A stretch of 64,000 nucleotides of DNA, taken from NCBI GenBank assembly GCA_963843325.1, contig CAWJKC010000006.1, forward strand, positions 199,941-263,940, given 5' to 3'. The stretch is from an uncultured Acidobacteriota bacterium (GTDB lineage: Bacteria; Acidobacteriota; Thermoanaerobaculia; UBA5066; Gp7-AA6). Below the pieces are notes generated by a model. The model did no database searches. It was given only the letters and a program-made list of their open reading frames with translations, and had not been told where the DNA came from. Shown in pieces: positions 1-10,602 of this stretch. Both the position numbers and the translations under genes were made by a program. Position 1 is the first letter of the stretch; every line of letters begins with the position of its first letter.

Positions 1-288
1 CGTGAAGAGCGACGTCAGCGAGCCCGGCTGGCCGTACTGCGTGACGTCGAGGCCCGGAACGGCGCGCAGCACGTCGGACACGACCGCCGACTCGTGCCTC
101 TCGAGCTCCTGCCGCGTGATGACCGTGATCGCGGAGCCGACCTCCTTCTCCTCCTCGGGCACGGACGTCGCGGTGACGACGACGCTCTCGGACGTCGGCG
201 GGACCTGCTGCCCGCGCGCCTGCCCGGGCACGAGCAGGCAGAGCGCCGCCGCCGCGGCCGCCGCGCCGACCGTGCGCGAGCGCTCGCG
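1..288 (-). CDS. TonB-dependent outer-membrane receptor, N-terminal part (runs off window start)
   Basis: The minus-strand frame ending at base 1 reads ...AAAAAAALCLLVPGQARGQQVPPTSESVVVTATSVPEEEKEVGSAITVITRQELERHESAVVSDVLRAVPGLDVTQYGQPGSLTSLFT. That is a signal peptide followed by the TonB-box/plug pattern of BtuB/FepA-type receptors. It is absent from the ORF track because no stop lies in the window. The start codon was not identified. Confidence 0.7.
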
Positions 289-775
289 CCGCGAGAGCGC
301 GTCGAGGCCGAAGAGCGTCGCCGTGCCGAGCAGGTCCGCGGCGAGCGTGTTCCAGAAGAACGGAATGGCCGCCGCGAAGCAGAGCGCGAGTCCGGCGGCG
401 GTCTTCGGATAGAGCGGATCCCCGAGCCACTCCGCGATGTTCGACGTGAGGAAGAAGAGCACCGACGCGCCGACGGAGAACCCGACGAGCCGGCCCGGCC
501 CCGACGAAATGCGCAGGAAGCCGCCCCGCGACGACGATCACGGCGAACGTCGCGTAGACGGTCAGCCGCATCCCCGAGATCACGGCACGCCCCGTGCCCG
601 CGTCGAGCACGAAGTCCGAGAGGCCAGGGCCAGCAGCGGCACCTCGATCGCCCACCGCGCGCGGAAGCCGCGCGCCCGCGTAGAGCGCGAGCGCGCCCAT
701 GGCGACGAAATTGGGAGGGTGGGGAATCAGCCGGGACAGGGCGCCGAGGAACACGAGCAGGACCGCGGTCGTCAT
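289..775 (-). CDS. DUF6580-like polytopic membrane protein (frame-broken)
   Basis: ATG at 775 follows GGGAGG. The N-terminus reads MTTAVLLVFLGALSRLIPHPPNFVAMGALALYAGARLP. Other frames read ...VLFFLTSNIAEWLGDPLYPKTAAGLALCFAAAIPFFWNTLAADLLGTATLFG. This resembles the DUF6580 family often found between B12 riboswitches and TonB receptors. About 3 frame corrections are needed (near 655, 620, 545). No stop separates it from the receptor frame, so the 3' end is a guess. Confidence 0.5.
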
Positions 776-879
776 TCGAACCTCCCGTTCGATCCGACGA
801 ATCCCGGGCGGTCCGAGAGGTGTCCCGCGCCCTCGGAAATCGAATGCGCGTCCTCTCTCGTCTTTCCCCGTCCGAGAAG

Positions 880-1062
880 CGTTCCGTCCGGCAGGTCTCC
901 TGGCTTCCGGATCGACCGCCTTCGGGCTCCTTCCCGGACGCGCAACCGGTTTCCCGATCGACTCGCGTCCAGTGGATTGCGCCCGAGGCGTCCCCGGTGA
1001 CAGTGGCGGGGGCCGCGCGGGATTTTCACCCGCTTCCCTTGGCCAGACAGATGCAAAGAGCG
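880..1062 (-). promoter_or_regulatory. Cobalamin (B12) riboswitch
   Basis: The minus-strand RNA reads GGCCAAGGGAAGCGGGUGAAAAUCCCGCGCGGCCCCCGCCACUGUCACCGGGGA...AUCCACUGG...CCGGGAAGGAGCCC...GGAAGCCAGGAGACCUGCCGGAC. The conserved cobalamin-riboswitch core is present, as is the B12 box AGCCAGGAGACCUGCC (reverse complement of about 890-905). It sits ~110 nt upstream of the DUF6580 start. Confidence 0.8.
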
Positions 1063-1124
1063 TCGAAGGAGGGGGACCATAGCGCCTTCACGCCGCCGTT
1101 GCAACCTGTGCATAGAATGCGGCC

Positions 1125-1908
1125 ATGCGCGGCCCGGACTACACGCTCGACCTCGACCGCAAGCGCCGCGTGGGCTTTCCCGAGGTCGTCCTCGGCCAGG
1201 GCAAGACGGCGGCGCAGATCACCGAGATCTGCCGGCAGCTCTCGCGGGCCCACGACGTGCTCGTCACGCGGCTGCTCCCCGAGATGTGGGACGAGATCGC
1301 GGCTCGAGCCCCTTCCCGGCCGCGCCGACTACGACCCGCGCTCGGGAACGCTGCACCTTTCCGTCGGCAAGCCGATGCCGCGCATCGACGCGACGGTGGC
1401 CGTCGTCACCGCCGGCACGGCCGACACGGCGGTGGCCGAGGAGGCGCGGCGCTCGCTCGAATACCTCGGCATCTCCTCCGTGCTCGTGCCCGACGTGGGC
1501 GTCGCGGGCCTCCTGCGCCTGCTCTCGCGCCTCGAAGAGATCGAGCGCGCCGACGTCGTCATCGGCGTCGCCGGCATGGAAGGTTCGCTCTTCTCCGTCC
1601 TCGGCGGCCTCGTCGGCCGGCCGATCATCGCGGTCCCGACTTCGCGCGGCTACGGCGCCGCTTTCCAGGGCCTCGCCTCGCTTCTCTCCGCCGTCAACTC
1701 CTGCGCCAACGGGGTGTCGGCGGTCAACATCGACTCCGGCTACGCCGCCGCGATGGCCGCGTACCGCATTCTCTCTGGAGGACCGCGCCGATGGGATCGA
1801 AAGGAAAAGGCTCCCCGCACACCGCCGACGAGTACGTCCACGCCGCGGCGGTCGGCGTCGACCGCAGGCGCAAGAAGGCGCTCCTCGGCCGCGCGACGAC
1901 GCCGATAA
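1125..1908 (+). CDS. larB: Nickel-pincer cofactor biosynthesis protein LarB (AIR-carboxylase-like), frame-broken
   Basis: The N-terminus is MRGPDYTLDLDRKRRVGFPEVVLGQGKTAAQITEICRQL.... After a frame break near 1300-1312 it continues ...DYDPRSGTLHLSVGKPMPRIDATVAVVTAGTADTAVAEEARRSLEYLGISSVLVPDVGVAGLLRLLSRLEEI..VIGVAGMEGSLFSVLGGLVGRPIIAVPTSRGYGAAFQGLASLLSAVNSCANGVSAVNIDSGYAAAMAAYRIL. Family-like sequence ends near 1785. The frame stays open to 1908, so the tail overlapping the next gene is probably artefactual. Confidence 0.75.
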
Positions 1909-2912
1909 AGCTCACCAAGACCACCACCGTCTCGCAGCTGATCGACTCCTACCGCGATGCGTCGTTCCAGGCGCGCGCGCTCGGCAAGGCCGCCGGGGTC
2001 TTCGAGCAGATGCTGCGCGACCGCAAGCGGCCGACGATCTTTCTCGGCCTCGCGGGCTCCCTCATCGCGGCCGGCATGCGCCAGGTGATCGTGGATCTCA
2101 TCGAGCAGAAGATGGTCGACGTCATCGTCTCGACCGGCGCGATCATTTCGCAGGACTACTACCAGGTGCGCGGCGGCCGCCACTACCACGGCACGCCCGA
2201 CGCGGACGACAAGGAGCTGCGCGACCTCTACATCGACCGGCTCTACGACACGTTCATCGACGAGGAGAAGTACTGGGAGACCGACCTCGCGGTCTCGCGC
2301 TTCGCGGACGCGCTCGGCGGCAAGAGCCTGTCCTCGCGCGGCTTCCTCGCGCTGCTCGCGCAGGGCTGCAAGCACGACAAGGGCTCGATCCTCGGCGCCT
2401 GCGCGCGTCACGGCGTGCCGCTCTTCGTGCCGGCGCTGAACGACTCGTCGATCGGCATCGGCCTGACCGAGCACTACCACCGCTTCCGCAAGGCCGGCAA
2501 GAAGCCCTTCGAGATCAGCTCGATCCGCGACAACTACGAGCTGACGCAGATCGTCGTCCAGAGCCCGGCGACCGCGGCGGTCTACGTCTCGGGCGGCGTG
2601 CCGAAGAACTTCATCAACGACTCGATCGTGATGTCCTACATCTTCGGCCTCGACACGGGCGGCCACAAGTACGCGCTGCAGGTCACGACCGACGCGCCGC
2701 ACTGGGGCGGCCTCGGCGGCTCGACGCTCTCGGAAGCGACCTCGTGGGGCAAGGTCTCCAAGAAGGCGACGCACGAGATGGCCTTCGTCGAGACGTCCGT
2801 GGCGCTGCCCCTGATCTACGGCAACGCGCTGCAGAAGAACGCCGCGCGCGGGCGCAAGCGCCTGAAGTACGCGTGGGACGGCGACATCCTGAACAAAATC
2901 ACGCGGGTATGA
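1791..2912 (+). CDS. Deoxyhypusine synthase family protein (bacterial DHS / homospermidine-synthase-like)
   Basis: ATG at 1791 follows GGAGGA. The product is 373 aa and reads ...TIFLGLAGSLIAAGMRQVIVDLIEQKMVDVIVSTGAIISQDYYQ...DRLYDTFIDEEKYW...VYVSGGVPKNFINDS...GGSTLSEATSWGKV. This is the typical DHS fold signature. The gene is intact. Confidence 0.8.
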   Translation: MGSKGKGSPHTADEYVHAAAVGVDRRRKKALLGRATTPIKLTKTTTVSQLIDSYRDASFQARALGKAAGVFEQMLRDRKRPTIFLGLAGSLIAAGMRQVIVDLIEQKMVDVIVSTGAIISQDYYQVRGGRHYHGTPDADDKELRDLYIDRLYDTFIDEEKYWETDLAVSRFADALGGKSLSSRGFLALLAQGCKHDKGSILGACARHGVPLFVPALNDSSIGIGLTEHYHRFRKAGKKPFEISSIRDNYELTQIVVQSPATAAVYVSGGVPKNFINDSIVMSYIFGLDTGGHKYALQVTTDAPHWGGLGGSTLSEATSWGKVSKKATHEMAFVETSVALPLIYGNALQKNAARGRKRLKYAWDGDILNKITRV

Positions 2913-3487
2913 CCCCGCTCGGGAAAGTCGTCCGGCTCCAGGTCCAGGCCGCGGCGCTGAAGTCCGGCGAGCGGCCCAATCGCGTGTACGGCACCGCGCC
3001 GATCGTGGAAGTCGAGGAGCTCCTGTTGACGCCGGAGGGCGCCGTCGGCGTGGATGCGGCGGGCGTGCGGATCCTCGACGTCCACAACACGGCGCATCCC
3101 GCGACGCGGTACAGCGACGGCAACACCGTGTCCTTCGGACTGACCAGCCACTACGCGCGGATGCGCGAGCGGTTCGGGCCGCACATGGTGGACGGCTGCG
3201 CGGGCGAAAACATCCTGGTCGAAACGGACGCGCCCCTGCGTCTGCCGGAGCTCGGCACGCGCGTCGGCCTGCGGACGACGACCGGCGCGATCCTCGCGTT
3301 CTCGGCCATCCGCGTCGCGCTGCCCTGCGTCGAGTTCTCCAAGTTCACGATCCGCAACCAGGACGCCACGCCCGCGGACTTGAAGCCGGTCCTGCAGTTT
3401 CTCGACGAGGGAACCCGCGGGTTCTACGTCATGGCCGCGTCGGAGGGAACCGTCCGACGCGGAGACCAGCTCGTCGCGCTCGCCTAG
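2909..3487 (+). CDS. MOSC domain-containing protein
   Basis: ATG at 2909 overlaps the DHS stop (ATGA). The sequence reads ...VDGCAGENILVETDAPLRLPELGTRVGL..AILAFSAIRVALPCVEFSKF..., which is MOSC-like with the conserved Cys. Confidence 0.6.
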   Translation: MTPLGKVVRLQVQAAALKSGERPNRVYGTAPIVEVEELLLTPEGAVGVDAAGVRILDVHNTAHPATRYSDGNTVSFGLTSHYARMRERFGPHMVDGCAGENILVETDAPLRLPELGTRVGLRTTTGAILAFSAIRVALPCVEFSKFTIRNQDATPADLKPVLQFLDEGTRGFYVMAASEGTVRRGDQLVALA

Positions 3488-6061
3488 CCTCTCGCCCGCG
3501 ACGGCTGCGCGAGCCAGCGCGTCAGATCCGACTGCGCCATGGTCGGCCCCGCGTAGGGGCCCTGCGCGTCGTCGCAGCCGAACTCGGCCAGCATCTGCCA
3601 CGCGGCGGCGTCGGCGACGTCCTGGGCGACGACCCGGCGCCCGAGGCTGTGGCCGAGATCGATCGTGCATCGGACGATGGCGGCGTCCCGGGCATCCCGG
3701 ACCATGTCGCGCACGAACGCGCCGGCGAGCTTGATCTCGTCGACGGGAAGGCGCTTCAAGGACGTCAGCAGGGCGCCGCTCGCGCCGAAGTCGTCGATCG
3801 CGAGCTGGACGCCGGCCGCCCGGATCCGGTTCATCGCCACGACCGCGCCGTGCGGATCGGAGATCACGCTGCCCTCCCCGATCTCGAGCTTGAGCGCGGC
3901 GGGCTCGAGCCCGGAGGAGCCGAGCATCTGCGAGATCTTCTCGATCAGCAGCGGATCGCGCAGGTTCCGGCCCGACACGTTCACGGCGACGTGGAGCGGG
4001 AAGCCCGCGTCGTTCCAGCCGCGGCAGTCCTCGAGCGCCCGCTGCAGCGACCACTCGCAGACGGACTTGATCGTGCCGGTGCGCTCCGCGGCCGGGAGAA
4101 ACTGGCCCGGCAGCAGGATCCCCCGCCGGGGGTGCCGCCAGCGCACGAGGGCCTCGGCCGCGCCGATGCGGCCGTCCCGCATGCGGACCTGCGGCTGGTA
4201 GTCCAACAGCAGCTGCCTGCCGTCGAGGCCGTCCCGCAGCTCGCGCATCAGGGTGACCCCGCTCTCGCCGAACGTGTCGTTGCTCGCCGAGTACACGATG
4301 TAACCCTCGCTCGACTGCTTGGCCGCGTACATCGCGACGTCCGCGCAGCGCAGCAGCGTCGTCCAGTCGTCGCCGTCCTGGGGACACAGCGCGATCCCGA
4401 TCGAGGCGGACACCTCGAGGCTCTGGCCCTCGATCACGAAGGGCCTCTCGAGGGCAGTGAGGATCTTCTCGGCCATGACCGCCGCGCCGGCCGCGCTGCC
4501 GGCCGCCGGAAGCAAAACCGCGAACTCGTCGCCGCCCAGGCGCGCCACGGTGTCGGCCGTGCGCAGCACCCCGCGCAGGCGCTGCCCGAACTCCTTCAGG
4601 AGCAGATCGCCGAACTGGTGGCCGAACGTGTCGTTGATTTCCTTGAAGCGGTCGACGTCCATCACGAAGAGCGCCAGGGGCGCGTTCTCCCGGCCGGCCG
4701 TGCGGATCGCCTGCTCGAGCCGGTCCCGCAGAAGCATGCGGTTGGGAAGGCCGGTCAGGAAGTCGTGGAGCGCCTGGCGCTCGAGCGCCTCGAGGTGCGC
4801 CACGCGCTCGGTCACGTCGCGCAGGATGCCGACCCAGTGCGACGGCCGCGGCGCGCCCTCCGGGACGGCCATGAGCTGCAGCTCGAACACGCACTCCACG
4901 CCGTCGGCGCGGCGCATCCTCATCCCGTCGCGGTGAAACGGCTCGCCCGCGTACAGGGCGCGGCGCAGCGCCGTGGCGGCCTCGAGGTCGTCCTCGACGA
5001 CCGGAAGCACGGAGAGGGTCTCGCCAAGCACGTCGTCGGACACGAGGCCCGTGATCCGCGTGAAGCCCCCGTTGACGAACGTGATGCGCGGCATCCCGCG
5101 GTTGCCGTCCGGCTTCAGGATGAGGATTCCCTCGAGCGCGTTGTCGACGGCGGACTCGAGCACCGAGAGCGACTCCTGAACGCGCGCGTCGCTCGGCGAC
5201 GACGGCCGCGAGCGCCGTGGTCGTGATCGTGATGACGCCGAGAAACAACTGCAGGAGCAAGAGCGACTCGTTCGGCGGGTGGCGCGCGAACGGGCCGAGA
5301 CCGGAAAGCGTGCCCCAGGTCGCGATCGCCGCGATCAGGATGGTGCCCGTGGCCGCCTCGCGCGGGCTGAATCGGAACGCCGTCCAGACGAGCAGAGGGA
5401 GACAGAAAAACTCCAGCGGATAGTCTCCACCTTGGGAGGGGCTCAGGCCTCCGAACACGAAGCCCGTCACGAGCGCGAGACCGAGCAGAAGAACGATCGC
5501 TTCCGCGATCTGCCGCTTCTTCCACCTCGTTGAAGACCACGAGCTCCACAGGAGCAACGCGGGCGCGACGACGAGGGCGCCGGTCGCGTCGCCCAGCCAC
5601 CACGTCGTCCAGAGCGCGCCGTAAGGCGAAGCTTCCGCGAAGCCGGCCCAGACGAGGCTCGTGACCCCGACCGTCGCGCTGATCATGGTGCTCGCGAGCG
5701 CCGCCAGCAGCGTGAACGTGAAGATGTCCCTCGCACGCTCGAAGGCGTGGCGGCCCCGGGCGAACCGATCCACGAGGAACGCGCCCGCGAGCGCCTCGGC
5801 CGTGTTGCCGAGGCCGATCGCGAGGGCGCTCGGCACGTGACCCGTGTTCGTGACGTTGACGAGAAACGCGCCGAGAAAGATCGCGGGCCACGCGCGGTAC
5901 CCGAGCACCAGCAGGGCCGCCAGCGCGATGCCGGTCGCCGGCCAGACGAGACTCGTGCTCGAGTTCACGAAGGCCAGGGAAAGTCCGAGTTTGCCCGCGG
6001 CGAAGTACACGACCGTGAGAGCCGCGAGCGCGGCCAGTGATGGCGCCGGACGGGACCTCAT
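3484..6061 (-). CDS. MASE1-PAS-GGDEF-EAL signalling protein (c-di-GMP turnover), one frame break
   Basis: The N-terminal membrane MASE1-like region (MRSRPAPSLAALAALTVVYFAAGKLGLSLAFVNSSTSLVWPATGIALAALL...) lies in the frame of ORF 2816..6061. After a break at about 5181-5195 the gene continues in ORF 3484..5163. That part has a PAS domain, RTAD-x5-GGDEF (I-site plus active-site motif) and an EAL domain (AEALVRW...DDFG). Confidence 0.85.
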
Positions 6062-6152
6062 CGCGAGACCGGCCTCCCCGGCCGGAGACTCTAGGTTACT
6101 CCCGGATCGCGCTCCGGAGCATCAAGGTGTCCAGGATCACAGGCCGCGGCGC

Positions 6153-6186
6153 CAAAGAAAAACGCCCCGGTTGCCCGGGGCGTTTC
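6153..6186 (-). terminator. Rho-independent terminator candidate downstream of the DUF1573 gene
   Basis: The minus strand reads AAACGCCCCGG-GCAA-CCGGGGCGTTT followed by TTCTTTGG. This is an 11-bp GC-rich stem with a tetraloop and a T-rich tail, 13 nt after the stop at 6199. Confidence 0.6.
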
Positions 6187-6198
6187 GCGAGAAATCGA

Positions 6199-7326
6199 CT
6201 AGTTTCGATTGAAGGCGACTCGAAATACGACGCTTACAGCGCCTCGCCCTTCGAGCGGGATCTCGATCACGGCCTTCTCCTTGTCGGAGGTGTAGAGCGT
6301 GACCTTTCCGTCGACGGCGCCCTTCTTGACCTTGTCGTTGGCCTTGACGACGACCGTGTAGGAGACGCCTTCCTGCGTCGGCACCACGTCGGTGACGAAG
6401 CCCGGAACGTTGACCTCGGCCTTGGTGACCTTGATCGGCGTGCCCGGCTTGTTGTTCGTCACGACGATGTTGCGCGTGATCGGGTCCTTGCCGGGGGTGA
6501 AGTTGCCGAAGTTGACCGTGATCGGCGTGATCGACACGCGCGGGCGCACGATGCCGGAGACCGGCACCTCGAGCGTCGGCTGCTGCGACACGCCGGTGTT
6601 GATCCGGATCGGCGCGTTCAGCAGGCCCTCGGGCGCGTCCGCCGTGACGGCGATCGCGAGCTTGTACTGGTCGCCCGGACGGCCGGCGATCTTGTCCTTG
6701 TCGCCCGCGGGGGAGAGCTCGGCCTTGACGTAGGGCTGCGCCGTCTCGGCGACGGTCGGCTTGAAGCCCTTCTCCTCGGAGATCAGGATGACGTCCTGCG
6801 AGGCCGGGTCGCCCTTGACGACGGAGAAGCGGACGTACGCCTGCGGGGCGACGTCGACGAACGGCTTGACGACCGCCTTCACGAAGAGGTTCATCTGCGG
6901 GCGCTCGGGGTCGTTGGAGACGACGAGGACCGACTTGGAGATCGGACCGGTGAAGCTCTTGGTGTCGACGCTCGTGTGGACCTTGCCCTCGGCGCCGGGC
7001 TTGACCAGCTTGTCGAAGGAGGAAACCGTGCAGCCGCAGGACGGCCGCGCGTCGGTGATCACGAGGTCGGATCCGCCCGTGTTGCGGATGATGAAGTCCG
7101 TCTCGATGATCTGGCCCTTGGGGACCGTCCCCATGTCCTTGGTCTCCTGGCTGATCTCGATCTTGGGAGCGGCGACCGCCTTGCCGGGGGCCGCTTGCGT
7201 CTGGGCTTTGGCCGTGGGCGGGGCCGACGCGGCCGGCTTCGACTCGGCGGGCTTCTGGGCCAGGGCAACCCCGGACGCCAGCAGCGCGGCCATCGAAAGC
7301 CGGGTGATTTTCAGGACATGACGCAT
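6199..7326 (-). CDS. DUF1573 domain-containing secreted protein
   Basis: The likely start is ATG 7326 (MRHVLKITRLSMAALLASGVALAQ, a signal peptide) behind AGGAGGA. The PSCGCT motif and repeated Ig-like segments are typical of DUF1573. The last ~12 codons are uncertain. Confidence 0.75.
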   Translation of the reverse strand: MRHVLKITRLSMAALLASGVALAQKPAESKPAASAPPTAKAQTQAAPGKAVAAPKIEISQETKDMGTVPKGQIIETDFIIRNTGGSDLVITDARPSCGCTVSSFDKLVKPGAEGKVHTSVDTKSFTGPISKSVLVVSNDPERPQMNLFVKAVVKPFVDVAPQAYVRFSVVKGDPASQDVILISEEKGFKPTVAETAQPYVKAELSPAGDKDKIAGRPGDQYKLAIAVTADAPEGLLNAPIRINTGVSQQPTLEVPVSGIVRPRVSITPITVNFGNFTPGKDPITRNIVVTNNKPGTPIKVTKAEVNVPGFVTDVVPTQEGVSYTVVVKANDKVKKGAVDGKVTLYTSDKEKAVIEIPLEGRGAVSVVFRVAFNRN

Positions 7327-7431
7327 CTTCAGTTTCCTCCTCGCAATAAGGGATACCAACGCGGCTAAACCCTCGAAAATAGCGGGATATTTCCGAAAAC
7401 CCCTCCATTAGACCAAACTCCGGACGGAAAG

Positions 7432-8834
7432 ATGAGCGAAATCCGTCACTTTCACTTCGTGCCGGTGGGCGGGACGGCCATGGTGCCCCTGGCCGCCCTC
7501 CTGCGGGAACAGGGCCACGTCGTGACCGGAAGCGACCGCGCCCTCTACCCTCCCATGTCCACCCTGCTCGCGAAGCTGGGCATCCCGGTCGCGGAGGGCT
7601 TTTCGCCCGAGCACGTGCCGCCGGATTGCGACACCGTCGTCGTCGGCAACGCGGCGCTGCGCGACAACGTCGAGGCGGCCGAGGCCGCGCGGCGCGGTCT
7701 GCCCGTCCTCTCCTTGCCACAGGCCGTGCGGCAGTACCTGCTGCCGGGCCGGACCTCCGTCGTCATCACGGGGACGCACGGCAAGACGACGACCTCGGCG
7801 CTGACGGCGTGGCTGCTGCTCGACGCGGGGCGCGATCCGGGCTTTCTCGTCGGCGGCGAGATGCGCAACCTCGGCAACGGCTACCGGCGCGGACGCGGCG
7901 CGCCCTTCGTCCTCGAGGGCGACGAGTACAACGCGGCGTTCTTCGACCGCGGTCCGAAGTTCCTGCACTACGAGCCGCGGCATCTCTTCGTCGGCAACAT
8001 CGAGTACGACCACGCGGACCTCTACCCGGACCTCGCGTCCGTGATCGAGGCGTTTCGCAAGGTCGTGCGCCTCGTGCCCGAGGACGGCGTCGTCGTCCTG
8101 AACGTCGACGACCCGCGCGTCGCCGCGCTCGCGTCGGACGCGCGCGCAACGGTCGTGCGCGTTTCGCTCGGAGACCCGGGCGCGGATTTCTCGGCGCGCG
8201 ACATCGTGTTTGCCCCGGAGGGCGCGCAGTTCACGCTGCTCGAGGCGGGCCTGCCCGGCGGCGCAGCTCTCCTCGCCGCTCGCGGGCCGCCACAACGTGC
8301 GCAACGCCCTCGGCGCGATCGCGCTCGTCCGCGGCCTCGGCCTCTCGGCCGGCGAGATCGGCCGCGCCCTCGCGCGCTTCGAGGGCGTGAAGCGCCGCAT
8401 GGAGGTCAAGGGCGAGAAGAACGGGATCCTCGTCGTGGACGACTTCGCCCACCACCCGACCGCCGTCGCGCGGAACCATCGCCGCCGCCCGCGCGCGCTT
8501 TCCCGGGCGCCGCCTGTGGGCGCTCTTCGAGCCGCGCTCGAACACGGCGGGCCGCAAGATGTTCGAGGACGACTACGCCGACGCCTTCTCCGCGGCCGAC
8601 GCCCTCGTCGTCGCCCCGGTCTTCCACGCGCAGCGCCTCGGCCCCGACAACCAGCTCGACCGCGCGGCCCTCGTCGCGCGCTTCGCGTCCGCGGGCAAGC
8701 CCGCCTTCGCGCCGGAGGCGATCGCGGAGATCCCGGACATCGTGCGGCGCGACGCGCGTCCGGGCGACGTGCTGCTGCTCATGTCCTCGGGCGCCTTCGG
8801 CGGCCTGCCCGAGTCTCTGCTCGAAAACCTGTGA
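7432..8834 (+). CDS. mpl: UDP-N-acetylmuramate:L-alanyl-gamma-D-glutamyl-meso-DAP ligase (Mpl), two frame breaks
   Basis: The sequence reads MSEIRHFHFVPVGGTAMVPLAALLREQGHVVTGSD...VVITGTHGKTTTSALTAWLL...LEGDEYNAAFFDRGPKFLHY. It then continues ...SSPLAGRHNVRNALGAI...VVDDFAHHPTAV (second frame) and ...FEDDYADAFSAADALVVAPVF... (third frame). The breaks lie near 8250-8270 and 8470. Confidence 0.85.
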
Positions 8835-10602
8835 CGCGGCGCGTCCTCTACGGCCTCCTGGCGAGTCTCGCGCTCGTCCTGTTCGGATCGCTCCTGTTCA
8901 TCGGCGCGCTCCGGGCCGATCCCGGCGTCGCGGGGGGACGCGCCGATCTCGAGGTCCTGCGCCAGTGGCTCGCGTCGGGCGTTCTTTCGGACAATTCCGG
9001 CGATCCGTCGCACCTCACGAAGGTCGGATACCTCGTCTACCTGCGCGCCGCGCTGCCGCACGCCGGCGCGGACCAAGGGGAGAACCGCCGATTTCTCCTG
9101 CTCAACGCGGGATGGATCTTCCTCGGCGTGGCCTCGGCGGCAATCGCCCTCGGGCGGCGATTCGGGTCGCCCGCGTCCCTCTTCTTCCTGCTCGGGGTCC
9201 TCGCATGTCCGACCGTCCGCGATTGCGCGGACTACGTCGACGAGCGAGCCCCTCGCGATCGGTCTTTCGCTCCTGGTCGGCGCGGCCCTCGCCTTGACGC
9301 CGAACGGGAGCCCCTGGACGAGAATTCTCGTCGGCGTCGCCGCCGGGCTCATCGCCCTGCTGCGGCCGAATACCGGCCTCGTCGTTCTCCTCCTCGCGTT
9401 CGTCACGGCGAGCGCTGGCGCGAGGCGCACGACTTCGATTCTGGCAACCACCGGCGGTTTCGCGGCCTGCCTCGGCGTGCTCTGGATGCTCGCGCACGCG
9501 ACCCACGTTCCTCTGGGCCCTCCTGGCGGCGAATCCTCCCGGGTCATCCTCTGGGGAACCGCCGACTATTACTGGAAACCGGACGTGGGCGGCTGGCCCG
9601 TCGGGGCCACGCCGGAGCAGACCGCGCGGCTGCAGATCACCAGGGCGAAAGAGCGCTGGAGCGCGTTTCTTCGCGACCCCGGCGAACGTCGCAATCGCTC
9701 ACTGCTGTGGCGGGCGGGGCACGGCCTCCTGTCCACCGAGCAGCTCCCCTCACGCTGGCGCTCGGCCCGCTATGCGACGGCGGACCGGCTCGCCCGGAAA
9801 TGGTGGTGGGCGCTCGCGGCCGCCATCGTCGGAGCATCCGCCGGCGCAGCGATCGCCGGCCGGAACGAGTGGCGATTCGCACCGGTCGCGCTTCTTGTCG
9901 CCGGCGTCGGTCAGAGTCTCCTCTTCGGAGCAGACCCGAGGCTCAACCTTCCCCTCCTTCCGCTCATTCTCCTCGGCCTCGCCGCGGTCCTGCCGACGGT
10001 CCGGCCGGATCGGCGCGCGGCCGCGGGCGCCGTCCTCGCCGTTGCCGCCGTCGTCTTTCTCTGCATCCGCGTACCGGACGTCGCCGCGTTCGACTTCGCG
10101 CGGATCGCGGGGTCGCGGCACAGCATCGAGCAGACGATCCCGCCGACCGCGTTCCCGCCCGCCGGCTCGGCCCTCGTGCATTTCCGTCTGCTTCAGGAGC
10201 CGCCGCTCGCACTGGGATTCTCCGTCTTCGGCAACGGAGCACTGATTCTGCGCCGCGAACCGGGGGACGCCTTCCCCCTGGCCGGCCTCCTTCCGCGCCG
10301 CGCTCGGAGAACGCGGGACCGACCTGGCGCGACGAAAGGGGCTCCGCATCCGGATCGAGATCGAGGGCTCCGATCCGTCCGGCGGCGCCTTCGTCTATTA
10401 CCCGGTGGCTCCCCCCGCGCTCGGAGGTCGATCGGCGATCGACGGTCGGGAAGAGATTCCCTCCGGATTCGGAGGAACGACGGAGGGAGGCCTTCCCGTG
10501 TGGATCACGCGCGACCCGGGAGATCCCCGGGCGAAGAGCAGCAGCGTGAATGCCGGGAAGAGCGTCAGCACGAGGCGGCGAAAGGCGGAATCGATCGCAT
10601 AG
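8831..10602 (+). CDS. Polytopic membrane protein, possibly GT-C-type glycosyltransferase (frame-broken, 3' end uncertain)
   Basis: GTG at 8831 overlaps the mpl stop (GTGA). There are many hydrophobic segments (VLYGLLASLALVLFGSLLFIGAL..., ILVGVAAGLIALLRPNTGLVVLLLAFV..., WWWALAAAIVGASAGAAIAG...). Breaks lie near 9240 and 10290. The function is only guessed from topology. Confidence 0.35.

Noticed and set aside
289-775. A true DUF6580-TonB receptor fusion protein.
   Set aside because: An inner-membrane polytopic protein fused to an outer-membrane barrel is topologically implausible. Given the indel load in this gene, a lost stop or start is more likely. The question is kept open in the findings.
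2816-6061. The 1081-aa ORF taken at face value as one protein.
   Set aside because: Only its first ~290 aa (the MASE1 membrane domain) are meaningful. Beyond about 5190 the frame turns into Arg/Pro-rich nonsense, while the PAS-GGDEF-EAL sequence continues in the frame of ORF 3484..5163. The real gene is 3484..6061 with one frame break. The part from 2816 to 3483 overlaps the MOSC gene.
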